Assembly (NCBI GenBank): GCA_027491735.1
Contig: JAOZGP010000033.1
Coordinates: forward strand, 1 to 27,533
DNA: 27,533 nucleotides
Reading direction: 5' to 3'
From: Thermoproteota archaeon
GTDB lineage: Archaea; Korarchaeota; Korarchaeia; Korarchaeales; Korarchaeaceae
In this document: positions 18,080 to 25,935 of the stretch, piece after piece
Layout: each line of letters begins with the position of its first letter
Position numbering within the stretch: position 1 is the first letter of the stretch
Program-made: the position numbers and the translations under genes
The notes under the pieces: generated by a model
The model's input: only the letters and a program-made list of their open reading frames with translations
The model's database searches: none
Told to the model about the DNA's origin: nothing

Positions 18080-19186
18080 GTGAGAATGAGATCGACCATA
18101 TCGGTCATAAAGGCAGATGTCGGTGGTCTGGCGGGTCACCACATGGTTCCCGAGCAGCTCCTCGAAGTGGCTCGTAACTCCCTGGCTGATGGTAAGAAGA
18201 GTGGGATAATAGAAGATTTTCATGTGACTGCCGTGGGTGACGATCTTCAGCTCATAATGTCCCATACAAAAGGTGAGAATAATGAAGAGGTTCATTCGTT
18301 AGCGTGGAACACACTCAAGAAGGCAGCTGACGTAGCCGAAAAGTTAGGACTCTATGGAGCTGGTCAAGATCTCTTGAAGGACACCTTCTCTGGCAACGTG
18401 AAGGGAATGGGACCGGGAGTAGCCGAGATAGAGATGGAGGAGAGACCTTCTGAGCCTATAGTTGTGTTCATGGCCGACAAGACGAGCCCTGGAGCGTTCA
18501 ACCTTCCTTTATTCAGGGTATTCGCCGATCCATTCAACACGGCTGGCCTCGTAATAGATCCGAGCATGCACAGCGGATTCACCTTTGAGATAATGGATGT
18601 TTACGAGAACAGGATAGTTAAGCTCAACGCTCCTGAGGAGCTATATGATATACTGGCCCTGGTGGGGAGCATAGGCCGGTATATAATAAGGAGAGTCTAC
18701 AGGAGATCTGATGAGGAGACGGCAGCTGCTGTCAGCACAACCAAGCTGAACCTGATAGCCGGGAAGTACGTGGGCAAGGACGATCCAGTGGCAATAGTGA
18801 GGGCTCAGCATGGATTTCCTGCCTTAGGAGAGATCTTGGAACCATTCAGCTTCCCACATCTGGTGCCAGGGTGGATGAGAGGATCTCATTACGGTCCTCT
18901 CATGCCTGTCTCAGTGGGAGACGCTAGACCAAGCAGGTTCGACGGTCCTCCCAGGATATGTGCCCTTGGGTTCATACTTCACGAGGCCAGGCTCATCGGG
19001 CCTAGCGATCTGTTCTCCGATCCGGCCTTTGACGAGACGAGGAGGAAGGCCAACATAATAGCCGATTACATGAGAAGACATGGCCCCTTCATGCCTCATC
19101 GTGTGGAGTCTCAGGAGATGGAGTACACAACACTACCTAGTGTGTTGGAAAAACTGAAGGAGAGATTTGAAGAGCTTGAGGAGTGA
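18080..19186 (+). CDS. fbp: Bifunctional fructose-1,6-bisphosphate aldolase/phosphatase (class V)
   Basis: ISVIKADVGG, VGDD, LYGAGQDLLKD, MADKTSPGAFN, GKYVGKDDP, GWMRGSH, EMEYTT. Confidence 0.97.
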   Translation: MRMRSTISVIKADVGGLAGHHMVPEQLLEVARNSLADGKKSGIIEDFHVTAVGDDLQLIMSHTKGENNEEVHSLAWNTLKKAADVAEKLGLYGAGQDLLKDTFSGNVKGMGPGVAEIEMEERPSEPIVVFMADKTSPGAFNLPLFRVFADPFNTAGLVIDPSMHSGFTFEIMDVYENRIVKLNAPEELYDILALVGSIGRYIIRRVYRRSDEETAAAVSTTKLNLIAGKYVGKDDPVAIVRAQHGFPALGEILEPFSFPHLVPGWMRGSHYGPLMPVSVGDARPSRFDGPPRICALGFILHEARLIGPSDLFSDPAFDETRRKANIIADYMRRHGPFMPHRVESQEMEYTTLPSVLEKLKERFEELEE

Positions 19187-19189
19187 GAA

Positions 19190-19873
19190 TCAGTCGAAAA
19201 CAGATGAAGCAAACTCTCTGATCTTTTTTTCTGGATCGTCTGCTTTCACTACCGCTGAAGCGACTAGGACGCCATGGGATCCAAGCTCGATGGCCCTTCT
19301 GACGTCTTCCCCAGTAGTTATACCGGCTCCGCATATTGGAAGTGCCGAGTCGGAGTGTCTCCTCACGGCTTTCACGGCCTCGGTCACGACCTCAGGCCTG
19401 GCTCTTGAGACAGGGATTCTGGTTCCTATTAGGTCTGGGGGCTCAACGGCTACTGCTGAAGGATTTAATGAGGCCACAGCTCCTGCCTCAAAAGGATCCG
19501 TGCAACATACAACGGAGACTAATCTCTCCTCTGAGAGCATCCTCACACAGGAGGCTATGTGGTCGAGCCTCACCCTTCTCTCACTGTGGTTCAGCAGAGA
19601 ACCGCTTATCCCGTAGTGCCTCAGAAATCTCGGACTGATGCTTCCAGTGAAAGCTCCCGGCTCAACAGGGTCCACGTGTTGAACGAGCACAGGGATGTCG
19701 ACCTCTCTTGCCACGATCGGAGCTGATAATAAGTCAGGTATGATCCCCACCAGGACTCCTGTCTCCAAGCTCACTTTTTCAGCAGCCCTAGCTAACGAGA
19801 GAGCTCGATCACAGGAGGCTTCCAAATAAGCCTTCATATTCACCAAGATCCTGGGGACTTCCGTTGACATCAC
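19190..19873 (-). CDS. tpiA: Triosephosphate isomerase, archaeal type
   Basis: NMKAY, QHVDP, LLNHSERR, AVEPPDLIGT, CGAGI, GVLVASAVVKA; about 227 aa. Confidence 0.96.
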   Translation of the reverse strand: MMSTEVPRILVNMKAYLEASCDRALSLARAAEKVSLETGVLVGIIPDLLSAPIVAREVDIPVLVQHVDPVEPGAFTGSISPRFLRHYGISGSLLNHSERRVRLDHIASCVRMLSEERLVSVVCCTDPFEAGAVASLNPSAVAVEPPDLIGTRIPVSRARPEVVTEAVKAVRRHSDSALPICGAGITTGEDVRRAIELGSHGVLVASAVVKADDPEKKIREFASSVFD

Positions 19874-19951
19874 GGTGACAGGCCCATCACAAACCTTTTA
19901 AGTTTGGGTGCGTTCTCCATAGCTCAACAAATTTGAAGGGGGGTCAAATTC

Positions 19952-22033
19952 ATGGATGCTACATTACCTGGGGTAATCGTTGGTGCTTTATCCATTCTCG
20001 GTATCCTCATCGCCCTTCTCCTCAGATATAAGATATCCAGGATGGAATCCGGGACCAAGAGGATGATACAAATAAACAAAGCTATAAGGGTGGGCTCCAC
20101 CGCCTATCTTAAGAGGCAGTACAAGGTAATCTTGGGAGTGATGGTTGCGCTCTCGATTCTCATATACTCCTTAGATGTGATGATGAACGGAGGCATCCCG
20201 TTTATAGCTTGCTCCTTTGCCCTTGGAACAATCTGCTCTCTGCTGGCTGGATACATAGCTATGGATACAGCCACACTAACGAATGTTAAGGCAGCGCAGG
20301 CGGCCAGGGAGAGCGAGACAAAGCCCCTCAAGGTCGCTTTCTCGGGAGGAGTTGTGCTCGGGATAAGCGTTGTTTCGATGAGCCTTCTGGGGATCACAGG
20401 TCTATTCTACCTCTACTGGTTGCTCACAGGGGATGTGTACAAAGTTCCCCTGCTTATAATGGGATTCGGGTTCGGCGCTAGCTTAGCAGCCCTTTTCGCC
20501 CAGCTTGGAGGAGGGATCTACACAAAAGCTGCAGACATAGGAGCTGATCTCGTGGGGAAGGTGGAGGCCGGAATTCCGGAGGACGATCCCAGGAATCCGG
20601 CGGTTATAGCGGACAATGTGGGTGACAATGTCGGGGATTGCGCCGGAAGAGGAGCTGACCTCTTCGAGTCGCTCTCGGCCGAGATGATAGGGTCGATAAT
20701 AATAGGATCAGTCGTCTTCTTGGCCACAAGAAATCTGTACTTTCTGTTCTTTCCTCTCATGGCTGGAGCAGCGGGCATAGCGGGGACCTTGATAGGAGCA
20801 CTCTTCGTCAGACCAAGGAGAGGGGAGGCTCCGGTCGCCTCGATGAGAAAGGGGATGGTGGCTACCTGTATAACGCTGGGAGTTCTCTTCTACTTGGTAA
20901 CGCTTCCTATTGGACCGGGATATGTTTATCTGTATGTAGCCTCCCTGCTTGGCCTAGCTGTCGCTCTGGTGGTTGAAGCTGTGATAGAGTACTACACTGA
21001 GGAGCACAAACCCCTCAAGGAACTTGTTGATTCCACTAAGACTGGAACAGCCACCGAGATACTTATGGGACTGGCCCTGGGAATGGAAGTCCCAGTAACT
21101 CCTGTGATCACAGTTCTAGCAGCTTTAGGAGCTGCTTATATGCTCGGAAGGTCCTTCGGAGAAGCGGCTGGTATAGATCCACACATAGCTGGAATATATG
21201 GAACAGTGGCTGCCACGATAGGAGTTCTGTCCTTGACGGGAATAATCCTCTCCATGGACGGCTATGGACCCATAGCTGACAACGCCAGCGGGATCATAGA
21301 GATGGCCGACCTCGAGGAGGAGGTTGGGTCTGATGTGAAGGATGTACTCGATGCTGCTGGAAATACCACGAAGTCCTTGGCAAAGGGATTCGCCATGGCG
21401 AGCGCCATAATGGCATCCTTGCTTTTATTCCAAGCCTACGTGGACGTCGTCAAGATAAAGGTCTACAATCTGATGGAGCCGAGGACCCTGATAGGGCTGA
21501 TAGTGGGGGCAGCAATACCCTTCCTCTTCTCCAGCCAGGCTCTTAAAGCAGTCGGCAGAACTGCCTCCAAGATGATAGAGGAGGTTAGAAGGCAGTTTCG
21601 CGAGCATCCCGAGATACTCGATGGGAAGATCGAGCCTGACTACGCTAGGTGTGTGGAGATAAGCACGAAAGCCGCTCAGAGATACATGGTACCCCCAACT
21701 CTTGTGTCCCTTGTAGTTCCTCTTGTGGTTGGGTTCCTTCTAGGGCCGACGGCCGCAGGAGCTTTCCTAATAGGCGTGACGGCGTCCGGAATAATGCTGG
21801 CGTTTCTCATGAACACTGGAGGTGCTGCCTGGGATAACGCCAAGAAGTACTTGGAGAGGATCGGGTTGAAGGGAACCGATGAGCATAAGGCCGCGGTGGT
21901 GTGCGACACTGTTGGAGATCCTCTGAAGGACACAGCAGGTCCAAGCCTTCACATACTGCTCAAGCTTGTGAACAACGAGTCGATAATATTCGGAGCGGCT
22001 TTCCTGGCTTACTCCCTCTATCTTCTCGGATGA
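19952..22033 (+). CDS. hppA: Membrane-bound H+-translocating pyrophosphatase, predicted K+-independent
   Basis: GGGIYTKAADIGADLVGKVEAGIPEDDPRN, DNVGDNVGD, YGPIADNA, GNTTKS (Lys at the K+-dependence position), DTVGDPLKDTAGPS. Confidence 0.96.
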   Translation: MDATLPGVIVGALSILGILIALLLRYKISRMESGTKRMIQINKAIRVGSTAYLKRQYKVILGVMVALSILIYSLDVMMNGGIPFIACSFALGTICSLLAGYIAMDTATLTNVKAAQAARESETKPLKVAFSGGVVLGISVVSMSLLGITGLFYLYWLLTGDVYKVPLLIMGFGFGASLAALFAQLGGGIYTKAADIGADLVGKVEAGIPEDDPRNPAVIADNVGDNVGDCAGRGADLFESLSAEMIGSIIIGSVVFLATRNLYFLFFPLMAGAAGIAGTLIGALFVRPRRGEAPVASMRKGMVATCITLGVLFYLVTLPIGPGYVYLYVASLLGLAVALVVEAVIEYYTEEHKPLKELVDSTKTGTATEILMGLALGMEVPVTPVITVLAALGAAYMLGRSFGEAAGIDPHIAGIYGTVAATIGVLSLTGIILSMDGYGPIADNASGIIEMADLEEEVGSDVKDVLDAAGNTTKSLAKGFAMASAIMASLLLFQAYVDVVKIKVYNLMEPRTLIGLIVGAAIPFLFSSQALKAVGRTASKMIEEVRRQFREHPEILDGKIEPDYARCVEISTKAAQRYMVPPTLVSLVVPLVVGFLLGPTAAGAFLIGVTASGIMLAFLMNTGGAAWDNAKKYLERIGLKGTDEHKAAVVCDTVGDPLKDTAGPSLHILLKLVNNESIIFGAAFLAYSLYLLG

Positions 22034-23115
22034 ACTCTCCTCTTTTTTATCATCTCAGTCACTCCTCTATCTATGGCCTCTACTATCCTCCTTGATGCTT
22101 CTCTGAGCTCTCTGCTCAGCTCCTCTCCAAGCACTAGGAGGCTGTCCTCAATAATTATGTCCCTCTTGGGATACCTCAATACAAGGCCTTCGCTCTCCTC
22201 AAGCCTGAGTTCATCCCCACAGAGGGCGACGGGAACGAGGTTTCCTCCTGACGAAACATTTGAGACGAATGAACTGTCTAGAGATCTGGGACAGGTTCTC
22301 AGATGAGCTCCGACCACCTTCCCGTCGAAGACATAAACTCTGAGGTCGAAGTTCCTCAGGCGTCCATTGTCAAGAAACAGGGGAGGAACGTTCACCCTCT
22401 CCTGAACGAGCACGGGCCACTCCAAAATCTCGTCGCAGGACCTCACAAGCCTAACTCCCTTTCCACCGTAGCTTTTAAGGAGCTTAACGACGGCCTCTCC
22501 TCTCTCAGCCAGAAACTCTTTCAACTCCTCCTTCTCCTTGGCTAGGAATGTCCTCGGAATTTTCACAAGCTTGAAATCTCTCAGGACCTTGGAGACTATT
22601 TTGTAGGTCCTCCACTTGTTCTCCGTGCCAAGTCCAGCCTCGCTTGGATTGACAACTGGTTGAGCTATCCCCAAAGGGAACTTAAACGTCCTCCTCACAA
22701 TGAGATCCGGAACCTCATCTTCCAGACAGAGCAGATTGCCGCGGTATCTGGCCTCACTCTTCCTCACGAAAAAAGCCCTGTATCCGAGCTCCCTGAACCT
22801 GTCCCTTAAGATCCTCCTCTCCATCCCCATGTAGGCATTCCATTTCTCAGGTACTGAGATCGCAACTTTCCTCATCTCAAAACCGCTTCTGGAGCAGTAA
22901 TCCTCGCAGAGATCTATGAACAGATCCACTATCCTCAGCTGGTCCTCGAAATACTCTCTGAGATCCGGCCTACACCTAACGACATGTTCAGCAAGTTTCA
23001 TCGCATAGAACAACCCGCCTGATACGGCGTTCGCCTCCAAGAAGTACAGAACACCCTCCTCACCGATGACGAAATCTAGGCTGGCGTAAGGGTAGTACCT
23101 GAGACCCAGCCCCAA
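22018..23115 (-). CDS. Circularly permuted RimK/LysX-like ATP-grasp peptide ligase
   Basis: Core VVNP..NKW..IPRT..VVK..YGGKGV..VQERV..DLRVYV..SNVSSGG; the normally C-terminal D..ExN metal motif (SLDFVIGEEGVLYFLEAN) is at residues ~12-30. Confidence 0.85.
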   Translation of the reverse strand: MGLGLRYYPYASLDFVIGEEGVLYFLEANAVSGGLFYAMKLAEHVVRCRPDLREYFEDQLRIVDLFIDLCEDYCSRSGFEMRKVAISVPEKWNAYMGMERRILRDRFRELGYRAFFVRKSEARYRGNLLCLEDEVPDLIVRRTFKFPLGIAQPVVNPSEAGLGTENKWRTYKIVSKVLRDFKLVKIPRTFLAKEKEELKEFLAERGEAVVKLLKSYGGKGVRLVRSCDEILEWPVLVQERVNVPPLFLDNGRLRNFDLRVYVFDGKVVGAHLRTCPRSLDSSFVSNVSSGGNLVPVALCGDELRLEESEGLVLRYPKRDIIIEDSLLVLGEELSRELREASRRIVEAIDRGVTEMIKKRRVHPRR

Positions 23116-23117
23116 GG

Positions 23118-24497
23118 CTAACCCCTCTTCGATAGTCTTCTCAACTCCACAGCCAGGTAGAGGGCCGGGTTTCTGGCAGCTAGCACCTCATCCTCCTCAC
23201 AAAGCGGCACGTATCCCTTGAGGGTCAGAAGCCAGTACCTGATCCTCACCATGTCGAATCCACTCACCAAACCTCCTTCTCTGGAGAAGAAGAGCTTACA
23301 CTCCGGATACAGGATCCCCTTGAGAATTTCGTCCTTCCTAATGCTCTCTCCCTCGAGAGAGCTTCTATCAGATCCTATTTTAACCTTCAGAAAGGTTCTC
23401 AAGCTCTTCTCGTATGAACACATCTTCTCAGGGATCCTGACTATTCTAGTTGGGGAACTGAGCTCCCTTTCCGGGATTCCCCTTCTCAGGTTGTTGGGGA
23501 TCGAAGCGCCTATCTCATCTAGATACGGTTCGAGGTGGTCCAACATCATGAGGAACGACTCTCTCGCGCTTAAAACCCCATCTCCAGACAGAAATGTCGC
23601 CTCAATACCTTTCCTCACAGCCCTCTCTCTGTTCCTCTTGAGATATTTCCTTTCCTCAATTTTTATTCCATTCCTTAGCATGTCGACTGCTTGGATGGAG
23701 AGGGCGGCGATCAGATGGGCTATCCCTGTCAGGTACTCCTCCCTCGACTGGTTGTCCAAGCACCTGACTTCCACCCTGCTAGCCGTCCTGGAGGTGTGCA
23801 AGTCCTCCGGGATGTTTGTGAGGGGTCCTCTTATGGCGATCTCCGTTAACCTATCTCCTGTCCTATTGGTCACGAGCTCTGATCTGACGGAGCCAAGTCT
23901 CCTGAAGATCAGGCCATATCTCGACTTCCCCCTCTCCCTCCAGGGGATGAAAGTCAACGGTTTTCTCCTCAGAACGACTTCCTGAGATTCCTTGAGTACG
24001 CTGCTGTAGGCGATTCTAGCGCTCGCGAAGCCGTCCCTGGGCGAGTTGGCTGAGATGGCTATGAGCTCCGGAAGGTGATTCCTTATGTTGGAGTATATCC
24101 ACGCCAGGGCCTTGCTGCTGAGGATCCCTCCCTCTCTCATGACTGACACGCTTATATGGGTGCCGTTGATCGGAAGTGGAGTGCTGTCAATGGGGTGCAT
24201 GCTCTCAACATAGATGAACTGGTTTGTCTTAACTGCTGCAGATGCTAAAATGCTCCTTGAGAAGGAAATGGCTTTCTCTATCTGTGAGGGGCTCAGAGGC
24301 CTGGTCACATATTCCAGCTGTGAGGGATTCGGCTCCCACTGAATTCCTATAAGAGATCTCCTGGCTAGGTTGAGCTTTTCCTCATCTTGAAGAAGATCTT
24401 TGGCCAGATTGAGGAGCACAGGCTCAGGGAAACTGCTGAGAAATCCTGCTCTGTTAACCAGAAAGACTTCCTCCTCCACCCCCAACCTGATGATCAT
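23118..24497 (-). CDS. GCS2/YbdK-like carboxylate-amine (glutamate-cysteine-type) ligase
   Basis: LGVEEEVFLVN, SQLEYVT, SMHP, GTHISVS, LPELIAISANSP, FASAR, RVEVRCLD, NRERAVRKG in canonical order. Confidence 0.85.
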   Translation of the reverse strand: MIIRLGVEEEVFLVNRAGFLSSFPEPVLLNLAKDLLQDEEKLNLARRSLIGIQWEPNPSQLEYVTRPLSPSQIEKAISFSRSILASAAVKTNQFIYVESMHPIDSTPLPINGTHISVSVMREGGILSSKALAWIYSNIRNHLPELIAISANSPRDGFASARIAYSSVLKESQEVVLRRKPLTFIPWRERGKSRYGLIFRRLGSVRSELVTNRTGDRLTEIAIRGPLTNIPEDLHTSRTASRVEVRCLDNQSREEYLTGIAHLIAALSIQAVDMLRNGIKIEERKYLKRNRERAVRKGIEATFLSGDGVLSARESFLMMLDHLEPYLDEIGASIPNNLRRGIPERELSSPTRIVRIPEKMCSYEKSLRTFLKVKIGSDRSSLEGESIRKDEILKGILYPECKLFFSREGGLVSGFDMVRIRYWLLTLKGYVPLCEEDEVLAARNPALYLAVELRRLSKRG

Positions 24498-24500
24498 CGG

Positions 24501-25379
24501 TCACTTCTCCCCCACCGCATCAAAGAACTTGTTCAACGCCTTGACGAGCTCCTTTTTCTTCCTTCTTCCACTCTCAGAGACCTCGAGCTGAACTCCCCAC
24601 ACTCCTGGAATAGAGGAACACTCCCATATGATGTCTCCCCCCGTCCTCCACCCTTTCAAGCAAACTGCCACATCAAAGCTCTCTAGCGATGACCTCAAAC
24701 AATCGATGATCCTGAGATCGGCTGTCTGGTCCGGGAAAAAACCCAGCTCAACATCGAAATCAGTTCCTCTACACGTGTGAAAGTCTAGAACCCCTTTTAT
24801 ACATCCTTCCTCGATGATCCTCTCCATCGAGATCCTGGGAGGGGAGAGCCTTGAAGAGAATCGGTTAAAGTCCATGTAGACGCGGGACACCCTGAAGATC
24901 AGCAAGTGAGCACCTGTTTTCTTGGCCACGAGAGAGCCTATTCCCTCAGCCTCCTCATCGGCGAAGGGCTTCTTCGCGTGGGGGATCGTTATGAGAAAAG
25001 GTCTGTATCCTGGGATGTACTCATATTGCCCTGAGAGGTCCCTCATGGGAAGGGAGGCAAGAGGACTGCGGGACCACCTGAAGCCAACTTTGGATCTCAG
25101 GTAGTGTTCTCTGCTCATCAATATAGCCCTCTCAACGGTTTTCGTCATGACGTCGAGGAAGATCTCAGGATCATCTCTCAGGACGGTGAGCGCAGGAAGG
25201 GAGTAGGTCAGAAAGGCAGAGATCTTTGGGTTGCTTCTCAGAATAGACTTCATCAGATAGGCAATCTCCCTGGCATAGGACCTCCTGGCCCTCTTTCCCG
25301 ATGAAGGATTCCTCTTCATGAGCTTAAGATAGGCGTGCAGATCCAGCAGCTCCTGGAGGACCTCTCTCCCCTCGCTCAT
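24501..25379 (-). CDS. N-formylglutamate amidohydrolase-like Zn hydrolase with an ~120-aa N-terminal extension
   Basis: ITIPHA, SRVYMDFNR, LDFHT, DVELG, GGDI, GVQLEV motifs. Confidence 0.78.
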   Translation of the reverse strand: MSEGREVLQELLDLHAYLKLMKRNPSSGKRARRSYAREIAYLMKSILRSNPKISAFLTYSLPALTVLRDDPEIFLDVMTKTVERAILMSREHYLRSKVGFRWSRSPLASLPMRDLSGQYEYIPGYRPFLITIPHAKKPFADEEAEGIGSLVAKKTGAHLLIFRVSRVYMDFNRFSSRLSPPRISMERIIEEGCIKGVLDFHTCRGTDFDVELGFFPDQTADLRIIDCLRSSLESFDVAVCLKGWRTGGDIIWECSSIPGVWGVQLEVSESGRRKKKELVKALNKFFDAVGEK

Positions 25380-25400
25380 CCACCTCGATTGACCAGTCTT

Positions 25401-25430
25401 GCTTATAAATGCTCGCCGAGAGATTTTTAA
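25401..25430. promoter_or_regulatory. Divergent TATA boxes for the ligase operon (-) and the phosphatase (+)
   Basis: TTTATAA on the - strand at 25403-25409 (~24 nt before ATG 25379); TTTTTAA on the + strand at 25424-25430 (~23 nt before GTG 25453). Confidence 0.6.
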
Positions 25431-25452
25431 GGGGACATTCGATCTCCTTCCT

Positions 25453-25935
25453 GTGAGGCCTCCCAGAAACTTCTCATGGATCGAGAGCTATCTTGCCGCC
25501 TCAGCCATGCCAAGGGATTCCCTAGAGATAAAGTGGCTTAGGTCCTCCGGAATCACGACGATAGTGTCATTGGAGCCCATGGACGATCACCTGGAGGAGG
25601 AGGCTAGGTCCTTGGGAATCAGGGTTGTCAGGATGAGCGTTCCCGAGTTCTCCCCTCCGAGCATGGATGACATGCTGAGGTTCATCAGCATGGTGGAGGA
25701 GGAGAGAAGGAGGGGAGGAAGGGTACTGGTCCATTGCTATGCTGGGTGTGGGAGAACCGGCACGATCGTCGCTGCTTACCTCGTCCACAGGGGGATATCT
25801 GCCGGGGAGGCCATCGAAAGGATAAGGGCTCTCAGACCTTGTTCGATAGAGAGCATCTCTCAGGAGAGCTCAATTTACTGGTTCGAGAGAGTCATCTCGA
25901 GCGAACGCTCCCGTAATCGACAAGGGCCTTCATAG
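25453..25935 (+). CDS. Dual-specificity/CX5R protein phosphatase (Cdc14/DUSP23-like)
   Basis: NFSWI, VLVHCYAGCGRTG P-loop, RALRPCSIES..Q; GTG 25453 preferred over TTG 25399, which overlaps the TATA box. Confidence 0.9.
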   Translation: MRPPRNFSWIESYLAASAMPRDSLEIKWLRSSGITTIVSLEPMDDHLEEEARSLGIRVVRMSVPEFSPPSMDDMLRFISMVEEERRRGGRVLVHCYAGCGRTGTIVAAYLVHRGISAGEAIERIRALRPCSIESISQESSIYWFERVISSERSRNRQGPS

